DNA of 64,000 bases, taken from the NCBI GenBank assembly GCA_964631415.1, contig CAZVZC010000001.1:36638-100637 (forward strand), written 5' to 3'. The translations under genes and the position numbers were made by a program. The first letter of the stretch is position 1. Every line of letters begins with the position of its first letter. Below are positions 9,125 to 17,995 of this stretch, piece after piece. The notes beneath the pieces are model-generated. The model did not search any database. It was not told where the DNA came from and was given only the letters and a program-made list of their open reading frames with translations. Source of the DNA: an uncultured archaeon (GTDB lineage Archaea > Asgardarchaeota > Thorarchaeia > Thorarchaeales > Thorarchaeaceae).

Positions 9125-9182
9125 TACACAAATTGATTTAAAGGGGCCTCGTTCCCACAGCAGAAACAGAAGGTGTGCGTAG

Positions 9183-9593
9183 ATGTCGAAAGGCACTTCC
9201 AAGGGTACCAAAGTTGTCGATGGTCTATACTACACGAAGGAACACGAATGGGCTAAGGTTGAGGGCGACCTAGTAGTCGTTGGAATCACCGACTATGCTC
9301 AGCACGCTCTTCACGAGATCACCTTTGTTGAGATCATGCAGTCCGGCACGACTCTGAAGGCCGGTGAGGAATGTGGTCTCGTCGAGTCGATGAAGGCTTC
9401 ATCCGATGTCTTCTCGCCAGTTTCTGGTCAGATAGTTGAGGTCAACACATCGCTAGAAGATGCCCCCGAAACTGTGAACGAGGACCCGTACGGAAAGGGT
9501 TGGATGTACAAAATACGCCCCTCGAATCTCAAGGTGGATTTGAAGAAGCTCATGGACAGCAAGACCTATGCCTCCTTTGCCGCCTCCAAGTGA
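9183..9593 (+). CDS. gcvH: Glycine cleavage system H protein
   Basis: YTKEHEW, GITDYAQ, lipoyl-Lys motif VESMKAS, NEDPYGKGW. Confidence 0.97.
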   Translation: MSKGTSKGTKVVDGLYYTKEHEWAKVEGDLVVVGITDYAQHALHEITFVEIMQSGTTLKAGEECGLVESMKASSDVFSPVSGQIVEVNTSLEDAPETVNEDPYGKGWMYKIRPSNLKVDLKKLMDSKTYASFAASK

Positions 9594-9819
9594 AACCTGA
9601 TGTGGAAGTTGGCGCGGCATCAGCGGAGAGAGTCTGCTTTCCGAGGTTCAAGACTCGGTGGCTCATTGGATTTTTGAGTGTTGAGTGAAGAGTCTTACAG
9701 TCGTTTCCAAGTTGTTGTGCACGTGACCAAGACGGTACAATCGATTTACGAACAGCAACCTTTTTAGCGCATCCAAGAATCGCTCGGCCGGATGCGACCT
9801 TAATCGGAGACATCACTCT

Positions 9820-12612
9820 ATGCCGAGCCTGAGTCACTTCAAGAGATCCGCTAGCAGGTTTCTTCGTCAAGTCTTTCACAAACCAAAAGCAAAGATATCT
9901 CGAGGGTCGGTCCTTCTGGTCGTTGCTCTTTGTATCACAGTTATTGCTGCTATAGCGGTTCGTCTAGAGCCGCTGCTCGACTCACAACCGATTGTCCATG
10001 AGTTTGACTCGTGGTATCAGCTAAGAGTGACTCAGTATGTTGCTGCAAATGGTTATGCTGCATTCTTCAGCTGGTATGACCACATGAGTTGGGTGCCCTT
10101 CGGTCGTGACATAGCACTCTCAACCTACATTGGTGTGCCGTTCACAGCCGCCACATTCTACTTCCTTCTTAATGGAATAGGTATCAGTGTAGATTTGCTT
10201 GTTGTCTGCATCATGATGGCTGGGTTCATGGGCGGCTTCGCGACACTGGCCACATTCTTCTTGGGCAAGGAGTTGTCGAACAAGACAGTTGGACTCCTGA
10301 GTGCTCTCTTCGTGGCATTCATGCCTGCATATATCCAGAGGACAACAGCCGGCTTTTTTGACAACGAGTCTGTAGGTGTCTTTGCCATTGTGCTTGCTCT
10401 CTTGTTTTTCATGCGTTCTCTAAAGACCGGTTCTCTGCCTTCTGCAGTCGCTGCAGGCTTATCCTTGGGCTATTTACAACTGTCTTGGGGAGCAGCAGAC
10501 TTTCTTACGGACCTGCTTGCTCTCTATGCGCTCTTCATGTTAGTCGCAGGTCGTTATAGCCGTCGTCTTCTTTCAAGCTACCTGATCACAGTGAGTCTCG
10601 GCTTCTTCATTGCTAATCTGCTTCCTCGTAACAGTCTCCTAAGCTCAGGAGCGCTCACTTCTCTCACATTCCTTGCTCCGGTAGGGATGGGTGTCTTGCT
10701 TGCAGCTTATGAGGTCTGGCTGCGAGTTTCAAAGTATCGCGAGGCGACAGCAGGTGCACTGGCTCCTCACATGAAGCCAATCTTGCTTGGGATGATTGCT
10801 CCAGTCGTTGGCGTGACTGCCTACTTCGTGTATGCAGCCAGTCAAGGCCTGCAAATCATAACAACGAGTTCTAACCCCATAACTTTCGTTGGCGGCAAAT
10901 TCCTTGCTGTCATCAATCCCTTCTACCGACTTGACCAGCGTATCTTTGCATCCGTTGCTGAACATCTCCCTGCTCCTTGGGCGAGTTTCTATCAGACACT
11001 GATTGTGCTGATATTCTTCTTCCCGGTAGGTATGTACTTCCTGTTCAAGAGGGGTCGCGATGAAGACTGGTTGGTCGTCCTGTTCGGAGCCACTGCTGTA
11101 TACTTCACGGGCAGCATGATTCGACTGGGTCTGATTCTGGCACCAGCAGTTGCACTGCTTGCTGCTGTCGCCGTGAATGGTGTCCTGACACCATTCGCAA
11201 AGGTTGTTTCTCAGAAGTCGGTCTTCGAACGTCGCAGGTTTCGAATCAGCTCGTCCCTTACTTCAGAACACACAATTGCTGTGTTCGCATTCATAGGACT
11301 GCTGCTCTCGGTCAATGTCTATCTGGGTGTCCAGTACGCCGTCAGCGTAGGTGCTCCCGAGTTCGCGCCCTCAAAGCTCACCGACACGACGCAGTTCCTT
11401 GACTGGCAGACCGCAATGACATACGTCCGCAATGTTGTTCCTAAGTCGGCAACAATAGCCAGCTGGTGGGACTATGGATACTGGATAACGTGTGCCGGAG
11501 GGGGACGGTCGGTTGTGGACAATGCTACCTTCAATGCCACACAAATAGCTCTTGTGGGCTATGCCCTGATGGCTCTCAATCTCACTGAGTCGCTCAGAAC
11601 CTTCAGGCTGTGGAATGCAACACATGTGCTGGTCTACTGGGGGCACGAGATTTCGTCATTTGGCGGGGACGAGGGGAAGTGGCCTTGGATGGTCCGCATA
11701 GCTGAAGACTATCTCGGATCGTCAGTCATAGACGACGCCACATATCTGGGGGACAATCCCACGACCACGACAACAATCGAAACCGATTACACCCTGGCTG
11801 GTTTCTATTCCTCGACCCTGTACAAACTGTTATCATATGGTGAGCCACTGACCGAAACCGAAGCTGACGAGTTGGGTCTACCTAGTTTAAGGAAAGGGAT
11901 TGACTTCTACACGCCTTCAGGATACTCTTATCCAATCAGTTATGCGGGTGACACGGCATGGACTTCTCATATGCCCACCGACCTACATGGGGCATTCAAG
12001 GGTCCCTACTACAGCTCAGATTATGGTTTGGTCAAGATCTACGAAATTGACTACACCATGTATGAGCAGTACCTCAATAGGACCGCATCTCAGTGGGCCC
12101 CCAAGGTGGGCTCCTTGACAGGTGTCAAAGCTAACGGCAATCTCTCTGCCAGTGAGAAGGCCTTCCAGAGCTTCGATGGTATTCTTGGAGGCGGCTATGA
12201 TGCCAAAGTCTATGTACAAGCCAACTCCACACACATGTACTTTGGTCTTGAGATGGACGATTACCAAGTCGGCAGTGACGCCTTTGGCATACAGATTGCG
12301 CCACTCGGCCCGGTCACGACATCAGACCTCCGCATAGTGAACTACGCAGGCCATCAGTTCTATGACGGTCACATTGACTACAACGGTGATTGGACCTTCG
12401 ACTCAAGCGGAGCTAATGCAACGTTGTTTGGAACAGCGGAGAATGTCACAGAGCTGATATTTCCGCTCAACTCTCTCGATTCTCAGGATTTGGACCTGAA
12501 ACCGGGAATGAACTATCAGATACGATTGCTGTTCTGGGACAACGTTGATTCAGGGGAACCAACACTTGTGACCGAGTGGCAGACCATCTGGGTACCGGTG
12601 AGCTTGTACTGA
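9820..12612 (+). CDS. aglB: Oligosaccharyltransferase catalytic subunit STT3/AglB with C-terminal beta-rich extension
   Basis: HEFD, FDNE, SVAEH, WWDYG and DEGKWPWMVRIA (DK motif); many TM helices. Confidence 0.95.
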   Translation: MPSLSHFKRSASRFLRQVFHKPKAKISRGSVLLVVALCITVIAAIAVRLEPLLDSQPIVHEFDSWYQLRVTQYVAANGYAAFFSWYDHMSWVPFGRDIALSTYIGVPFTAATFYFLLNGIGISVDLLVVCIMMAGFMGGFATLATFFLGKELSNKTVGLLSALFVAFMPAYIQRTTAGFFDNESVGVFAIVLALLFFMRSLKTGSLPSAVAAGLSLGYLQLSWGAADFLTDLLALYALFMLVAGRYSRRLLSSYLITVSLGFFIANLLPRNSLLSSGALTSLTFLAPVGMGVLLAAYEVWLRVSKYREATAGALAPHMKPILLGMIAPVVGVTAYFVYAASQGLQIITTSSNPITFVGGKFLAVINPFYRLDQRIFASVAEHLPAPWASFYQTLIVLIFFFPVGMYFLFKRGRDEDWLVVLFGATAVYFTGSMIRLGLILAPAVALLAAVAVNGVLTPFAKVVSQKSVFERRRFRISSSLTSEHTIAVFAFIGLLLSVNVYLGVQYAVSVGAPEFAPSKLTDTTQFLDWQTAMTYVRNVVPKSATIASWWDYGYWITCAGGGRSVVDNATFNATQIALVGYALMALNLTESLRTFRLWNATHVLVYWGHEISSFGGDEGKWPWMVRIAEDYLGSSVIDDATYLGDNPTTTTTIETDYTLAGFYSSTLYKLLSYGEPLTETEADELGLPSLRKGIDFYTPSGYSYPISYAGDTAWTSHMPTDLHGAFKGPYYSSDYGLVKIYEIDYTMYEQYLNRTASQWAPKVGSLTGVKANGNLSASEKAFQSFDGILGGGYDAKVYVQANSTHMYFGLEMDDYQVGSDAFGIQIAPLGPVTTSDLRIVNYAGHQFYDGHIDYNGDWTFDSSGANATLFGTAENVTELIFPLNSLDSQDLDLKPGMNYQIRLLFWDNVDSGEPTLVTEWQTIWVPVSLY

Positions 12613-12656
12613 AAGGCATGCATGCGGTAGTCGGTCGAACAATCAGTCGTCCACGT

Positions 12657-12857
12657 TCAGGACTCTCTGGTTTCTATACCTGCCTCAGTTGTCACTCTAC
12701 GCGAGCTTCTCTTCGCTCTTCGACGATAGTCCCCATATTTGTCTTCGATAGAGAACCTCGCAGGCTGAGGGTCCTTGACTCGTCCTCCGCAGCTCGGACA
12801 GGTTTTGTCATGAAGAGTGTATCTGCCGCACACAATACACTTGAAGAGATGGGTCAT
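12657..12857 (-). CDS. nop10: H/ACA RNP protein Nop10
   Basis: CIVCGRYTL...CPSCGG...PARFSIEDKYGDYRR; follows aIF2alpha. Confidence 0.95.
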   Translation of the reverse strand: MTHLFKCIVCGRYTLHDKTCPSCGGRVKDPQPARFSIEDKYGDYRRRAKRSSRRVTTEAGIETRES

Positions 12858-12870
12858 GTCGGAAGAGCTC

Positions 12871-13665
12871 CTACTTCCGGCTGAGGCTCACCGATCCCCC
12901 GTTGTTCTCGACGCTCTTCTTGACGACATTCATGATGTTCTGAAGCAGATCTTCTGCATCCTTGTATGTCGGGCCAACGATATGGAGTTTGTAGCGAGGG
13001 GCGCCCAAGGCATAGATCTCAACTGAGAGTCTCTTGTCGTCCTTTCCCTGTTCAAGCGCATCCGACAGAGCTTTCCTTATCACTTCTATTCCTGCTGGCC
13101 CGGGCACAACAACAGACAACTCGCCGTCTATGTCTACTGAAGGTATCTCGATGCGCACCTTTGCCAGGTCCGCTATCTGTTTCTTCAGCTTCTTGTCGGC
13201 CGTCACTTCTTCCAAGGCTTCCGCGCCGCCCTCTGCCGCGCGTTCAAGTCCTTTGTAGATCTCTCCGTATGTGTCCTCAAGAGGCCATCCCAGCTGCTCA
13301 TAGATCTGGTCAAGTGTCATCCCGTTCTCGTTGGCCACGCTCTCGAGGAGTTTCTCAGCTTTCTGGGCACGTTTCCATTCGTTGTTCTTTGCTCTCTTTG
13401 CCTCTGCAGACACTCTTCTGAGAGAGCAGTCGATGTGTTTCTTCTGTGTGTCTACCTGAAGCACCTTTACGACAGTCCTCATGTTCTCATGTATGTGGTT
13501 TCGAATGTTTCGCACCCACGTGCTGCTGATCTCAGAGATATGGATGAAACCCTCCTTGTCACCATACTCTGGCAGTGTCACATAGGCCCCATAAGATGCC
13601 ACCTTTGTGGCAACAGCCACTGCGTAGTCATCAGGCTGCGGCCACTCAGCACGCTTCTTGACCAT
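12871..13665 (-). CDS. eif2a: Translation initiation factor aIF2 alpha subunit
   Basis: S1 domain YGAYVTL, EGFIHISEISS, HIDCSLRRV, GAPRY. Confidence 0.96.
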   Translation of the reverse strand: MVKKRAEWPQPDDYAVAVATKVASYGAYVTLPEYGDKEGFIHISEISSTWVRNIRNHIHENMRTVVKVLQVDTQKKHIDCSLRRVSAEAKRAKNNEWKRAQKAEKLLESVANENGMTLDQIYEQLGWPLEDTYGEIYKGLERAAEGGAEALEEVTADKKLKKQIADLAKVRIEIPSVDIDGELSVVVPGPAGIEVIRKALSDALEQGKDDKRLSVEIYALGAPRYKLHIVGPTYKDAEDLLQNIMNVVKKSVENNGGSVSLSRK

Positions 13666-13705
13666 GTATCACTGCCCTCCCAATCAAGTCATGACGTAAT
13701 GGCAT

Positions 13706-13906
13706 CTACTGAAGGGACTCGACTTCCCTAGCGTTAGTTTCAAGTCTGGCTTTTCCGCCGCTTGGCCTAGTCAAGACTTTTCCACACTTCAGGCACTTGA
13801 CTTCGGTCGTTGCATACGCGAAGATGATCTGCTCGTTCTCGCAGTCCAGACACTTCACTTTCAGGAACCGTGACTTGGGTTGCTGAACAATCTCTCGTCT
13901 GGCCAA
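13706..13906 (-). CDS. rps27e: 30S ribosomal protein S27e
   Basis: PKSRFLKVKCLDCENEQIIF...CLKCG...GGKA; TTG start after GGTGA. Confidence 0.96.
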   Translation of the reverse strand: MARREIVQQPKSRFLKVKCLDCENEQIIFAYATTEVKCLKCGKVLTRPSGGKARLETNAREVESLQ

Positions 13907-14099
13907 TACTATCACCGCTGTAGTTCAAACATAATTGTCGCCGCAGTTGGGAAAACGATGCCCCACTTTGGGACTTGCTACGGCCGGGTCGAGCCATCAT
14001 TATAACTCTATCGACATAACGTCGAGCTTTGGCTTCAAGAGGACATGAGCGTCCGCCGAGCGGAGCGTACATCGCAATGAGATTTTGCTGTTGGCCGGG

Positions 14100-14381
14100 C
14101 TACGCACGAACAACCTCAAGTTTCTTCAGTCTCATTCCCTTGGTCATGAAGATGAATCCACAGACCTTGCACTTGTAATTGAGTGCAGTCTTCTTGGTTG
14201 TCTTGGCAAACTTGTGTTGGATTGGCTTTGGGAAAGAACCGTAGCCTTTCGTCTTTCTGTCCAGTCTTCGCTTGCCCTGCGCCCTCGAACGGTCCTGTCC
14301 TTTCTTGTAGGCAGATATGGTGTGTTCTGTGTACTTGTGGCATTTGGGACAGTATTTGTTCATCGACCCCTTGATGTTCAT
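14100..14381 (-). CDS. rpl44e: 50S ribosomal protein L44e
   Basis: YCPKCHKYTEH, KGYG, AKTTKK, CKVCG. Confidence 0.96.
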   Translation of the reverse strand: MNIKGSMNKYCPKCHKYTEHTISAYKKGQDRSRAQGKRRLDRKTKGYGSFPKPIQHKFAKTTKKTALNYKCKVCGFIFMTKGMRLKKLEVVRA

Positions 14382-14470
14382 CTCAGAATCACCGGCGTTG
14401 GGCCGTCGGAAACGGCCATGAGTTGTTTATAACCATTGGGGCACGTCGCGCCCGGCTCTGAGCGGCGCGA

Positions 14471-14650
14471 CTACAGAATATGAGCTAAGATGGTAGCAAC
14501 CACAAGGATGGATGCGAATACGACGACGACAGTCGGGCCTATCTTCACACCTGGTGTTTCGTCTTCAAAGAACCTGATCAGCCCTGCACCACCAGAGGGC
14601 ATCGGTCCCTCGCCCTTCTTGCTCTTGCGCTTCTTGGCGGTCTTCGGCAT
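14471..14650 (-). CDS. secG: Preprotein translocase subunit Sec61beta, 59 aa; absent from the ORF track
   Basis: MPKTAKKRKSKKGEGPMPSGGAGLIRFFEDETPGVKIGPTVVVVFASILVVATILAHIL*; AGLIRFF...G.KI.P signature plus C-terminal TM. Confidence 0.93.
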   Translation of the reverse strand: MPKTAKKRKSKKGEGPMPSGGAGLIRFFEDETPGVKIGPTVVVVFASILVVATILAHIL

Positions 14651-14737
14651 CCTTTTGCCTCCTCGGTTGAGGGTCCAGCTGGTCCTGACCTTTTAATTCT
14701 TTTGACGCATCAAGGTAGAACGTGTGGGCCGGAGCCG

Positions 14738-15034
14738 CTACGGCTCTTGCGCACATTCACAAGGAGCCTTATGGCACCGAGAGCAGACGCCATTGTACTT
14801 CTTGCGTAGGGCAGTTGCGAGGTCGATATCAAGAAGATTGGCCAGTGAACACAGCCAAGCCAAGACGTCTGCCATCTCGTCAGAAATCTCGCTCCGATCT
14901 TTGTGTTTCAGAACCGCGTCACTGAGCTCGGCAAGTTCCTGCATTGCCCTCAACAGGGTTCTGTCGACTCCTCTCGCTTTATCCCTCTGGTAGTAGATAA
15001 GGCGCATTAGTTCTTGTGCTTCTCTAATCTCCAT
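14738..15034 (-). CDS. MazG-like nucleotide pyrophosphohydrolase
   Basis: QELAEL, DEMADVLAWLCSLAN, C-terminal CSRC..PCEC. Confidence 0.88.
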   Translation of the reverse strand: MEIREAQELMRLIYYQRDKARGVDRTLLRAMQELAELSDAVLKHKDRSEISDEMADVLAWLCSLANLLDIDLATALRKKYNGVCSRCHKAPCECAQEP

Positions 15035-15062
15035 CGAAATCCCACTCGGGAGTCAATGTGTG

Positions 15063-16385
15063 CTACTTGAATCTCAGATGGGCATAAGCAGGGGTTTCAG
15101 TGTCGAAGGCAAAGTGGACCTTCTGGTAGCTCTTTCTGAAGGTTTCAACCTCGGCAGCTATCTTCTTGACATTCTCACCCTTCACAACGACACGGTGCAT
15201 GAATTCTGAAATGGCGTCCATTTCGGGTTCCTTCATGCCTAGCCTAGTCATCTCACTGGTGCCCAGCCGAATCCCACCCGGTTTCTTGTAGTCGCGTCCC
15301 ATCTTCTTGTCCCAAGGCAGGAGGTTGCGATTGATGATTATGTTCGCTTTTTCAAGTTCTTCTTCAACAGTCCGCCCATTCTTCATTGGAGTGTCTGACA
15401 CATCGATGAGTATCGTATGCGACTCTGTGAAGCCCTTGTGGGCTGCCGCGACCTTCCACCCCTTGTCGTAGAGTGCCTGTGCAAGCGCCTTTGCATTCTT
15501 TATGATCTGGTCTGCATACTGTTCTCCGAACTCCATCATCTCGGCTAGTGCAACGGCAAGTCCGGCCACATTATGCAGATGGTGGTTGCTCATCATGGCA
15601 GGGAATGCGGCCTGCTTGATCTTCTCAGCGTATTCGGCCTTTGAGAGGACCAAGCCATGCTGTGGCCCCGGCATTGTCTTGTGGGTTGATGCAGTCACAA
15701 TGTCTGCACCCTCTCTCAGGGGGTCTTGGAACCGCCCTGCTGCGATGAGACCAGAAACATGTGCAGAGTCGTAACCGATGTGCATGCCATACTCATCTGC
15801 AACCTCACGGAACTCTTTCACTGGATGAGGAAACGGGAAGACACTTCCTCCGAAGAGCAGCAACTCCGTGTGCTTTCCCTCGGCTTCTAGGCTTCTGATC
15901 TCCTTGATGCTGGCATCGACGTCTATGTTGAACTCCTTCTCGTCAAAGGCGTAGTTGCGAACCTTGTGTCCTCTTACCGCTCCTGCGGTACCGCCGAGGT
16001 CTCCCCTGGCATGTGAGATATGGCCACCATGCGCAATCGACAGGGCGAACATCCTCGCGCCCGGCTCCATCATTGCAGTGTACATCATCAGGTTGGCGAC
16101 CACCCCCGACACTGGACGCACATCAGCAAACTCGGCTCTAAACAGCTTTTTCGCCAAGTCGATGCAGATCAACTCAACTTGGTCGATGTAGACACATCCA
16201 GCATACACGCGTTCACCCGGCCATCCTTCTGCATAGCGGTCTCTGAAGTCACACACTATTGCTGATCTTACAGCAGGTGAAGACACATTCTCCGATGCGA
16301 TCAGATTGATGGTCTTGGTCATCCAGTTATCGTGTTGCTCTATGAGACTGAACACCTTATCATACAGTTTTTTGTGCTCACTCAA
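15063..16385 (-). CDS. glyA: Serine hydroxymethyltransferase (archaeal type)
   Basis: INLIASEN, RYAEG, HGGHISH, STHKT (PLP Lys), GIRLGT; start probably TTG 16385 or GTG 16394. Confidence 0.96.
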   Translation of the reverse strand: MSEHKKLYDKVFSLIEQHDNWMTKTINLIASENVSSPAVRSAIVCDFRDRYAEGWPGERVYAGCVYIDQVELICIDLAKKLFRAEFADVRPVSGVVANLMMYTAMMEPGARMFALSIAHGGHISHARGDLGGTAGAVRGHKVRNYAFDEKEFNIDVDASIKEIRSLEAEGKHTELLLFGGSVFPFPHPVKEFREVADEYGMHIGYDSAHVSGLIAAGRFQDPLREGADIVTASTHKTMPGPQHGLVLSKAEYAEKIKQAAFPAMMSNHHLHNVAGLAVALAEMMEFGEQYADQIIKNAKALAQALYDKGWKVAAAHKGFTESHTILIDVSDTPMKNGRTVEEELEKANIIINRNLLPWDKKMGRDYKKPGGIRLGTSEMTRLGMKEPEMDAISEFMHRVVVKGENVKKIAAEVETFRKSYQKVHFAFDTETPAYAHLRFK

Positions 16386-16483
16386 TTCCTGCACTTCCAG
16401 TCTGGAGTGGTGGTCCTGAAGTCGGAGAGCCACTCTTCGTTATATGACTTGCGTCAACACAGATTGGCATAGTACCGCAATCT

Positions 16484-16491
16484 CTATAAAC
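16484..16491 (+). promoter_or_regulatory. Probable TATA box of tRNA-Lys
   Basis: CTATAAAC about 26-33 nt upstream of the tRNA 5' end. Confidence 0.5.
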
Positions 16492-16516
16492 TGAAACTAG
16501 GCTCCGGGCGTTTTGT

Positions 16517-16657
16517 GGGCCAGTGGCTAAGCCAGGTATAGCGACAGGCTCTTACGTTTCTCAGCGACGCCGCTGGGAGATGGAGATACCTGTTGGTCGG
16601 GGGTTCGAAAACCCCCCATATTCCATGGGGCGATCGACTGTCCCCCCTGGCCCGCCA
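16517..16657 (+). tRNA. tRNA-Lys(CTT) with two introns (37/38 at 16555-16587; 59/60 at 16610-16640), encoded CCA
   Basis: Acceptor GGGCCAG/CTGGCCC, anticodon stem ACAGG/CCTGT with CTT at 16551-16553, T-stem GGGGG/CCCCC, BHB-like motifs at both junctions. Confidence 0.92.
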
Positions 16658-16681
16658 TCTACTTCTCACCTAAGTTGGGAG

Positions 16682-17908
16682 TCAGTTTCGGTCAGAGGAT
16701 GAAACCACGGCCCGCAGATCTTGATACAGCCGAAGCAGTGACCTTGAGTGTTCTTGTAGGTCAAAGCGCTTCTCGACAGTCTTGCGAGCGTTTTTTCCTA
16801 GCCTCACCTGCAGTGCGGTGTCTGACATAATCTGACGGACCGCCTTCGCGAGTTCATCGACATCTCCAGGCGATACAGTGAAACCGTCATAGCCATCGGT
16901 GACTATCTCGCTGGGGCCCTGAACGTTCGAGGTGATGACGGGGATTCCACAGGCCATTGCTTCAATCACAGAAAGCCCGAATGGCTCCTCTCTGGATGGA
17001 TAGAGGAAGATTCGGATGCTGTTCATAAGACTCGGAATCTTGTCGATTGGTACAACACCCAAGTAGTCTACTTGCTCCATCACGTTCATTCTCTCGAACT
17101 CATCAAAGACCTTCCTACGAGATGAGCCATCGCCAGTAATCACAAGACGAATCCCCGGGAAGTGGGGCTTCAGAGCTGACAGCATCTCGGGAAAGAGGTC
17201 CACTGCCTTCATTCGTTCCAGTCTGCCAAAGAACCCTAGGTCCCACTTTCTCCTGAGCCCTGTCTGTGGCTGGAATGCGGAGAGATCCACTCCGAGGTAG
17301 AGCACATCTACTCTCATCCTCAGGCGTTTCGGGAGATGAGCTTGTAGTGCAACCCCCACAGCTCTGCTCACTGCAATGATTCTGTCAAATGGGCACGATT
17401 CTACGAGCTGCCTGTAGTCGGTGGTCGCCTCTCCGTTGGGAAGGATTAGAGCCTTTGGGAGACCGTGGATGGTCGCAAGGACTGGCACATTGATAAGTCC
17501 GTTCTTACGCAGCCTCTCAATCACCCTATTGAAGACCACGTACGTGCTGTGTGCGTGGATTATATCAGGGGAAACATTATGGACTAGGTTGCCGAGCTGA
17601 CCCGCGAGTATCTCAACGTCAGCGGCAACATCATCCTGCCTGAACATGCGTACAGCTGCTGCCACCCGCTCTTCTTCGAGTAGCGAGAGAAAGCCCCACT
17701 TCCGAGCTTCCAAGAGATTCCCTGGAAGGTGGAAGAGCGTGTAGGACGGCCGCTTCACCGACTCCGGGGAGTCCATACTTGGTGATTGAGTCACAACGAA
17801 CGACTCGTGCTCCTCCGATGCAAGCGCTCTTGAGAGATAGTGCAGGTAGGACTCGTAGCCTCCAACGCCCGAAGGGTTGAGGCTGTCACAGACGTGGAGG
17901 ATCCTCAT
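16682..17908 (-). CDS. Glycosyltransferase family 4
   Basis: MRILHV...GGYE, IIHAHS, GRLERMK, EPFGLSVIEAMACG; start ATG 17908. Confidence 0.93.
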   Translation of the reverse strand: MRILHVCDSLNPSGVGGYESYLHYLSRALASEEHESFVVTQSPSMDSPESVKRPSYTLFHLPGNLLEARKWGFLSLLEEERVAAAVRMFRQDDVAADVEILAGQLGNLVHNVSPDIIHAHSTYVVFNRVIERLRKNGLINVPVLATIHGLPKALILPNGEATTDYRQLVESCPFDRIIAVSRAVGVALQAHLPKRLRMRVDVLYLGVDLSAFQPQTGLRRKWDLGFFGRLERMKAVDLFPEMLSALKPHFPGIRLVITGDGSSRRKVFDEFERMNVMEQVDYLGVVPIDKIPSLMNSIRIFLYPSREEPFGLSVIEAMACGIPVITSNVQGPSEIVTDGYDGFTVSPGDVDELAKAVRQIMSDTALQVRLGKNARKTVEKRFDLQEHSRSLLRLYQDLRAVVSSSDRN

Positions 17909-17995
17909 CTGGCAGGCTCCTTTGGTTCGATTTCCAGACATCAGCTTAATCTGTCTAGCTCTCAGCATGTTTGAATCACCAAGAGGGCGCATGGC

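Noticed and set aside
9641-9658. CCGAG-GTTCAAGA-CTCGG hairpin resembling a tRNA T-arm
   Set aside because: 8-nt loop and no acceptor, D or anticodon arms; not a tRNA or split-tRNA half.
13920-14095. C/D box sRNA between rpL44e and rpS27e
   Set aside because: Only a partial C-box-like ATGATGG and no CTGA D box.
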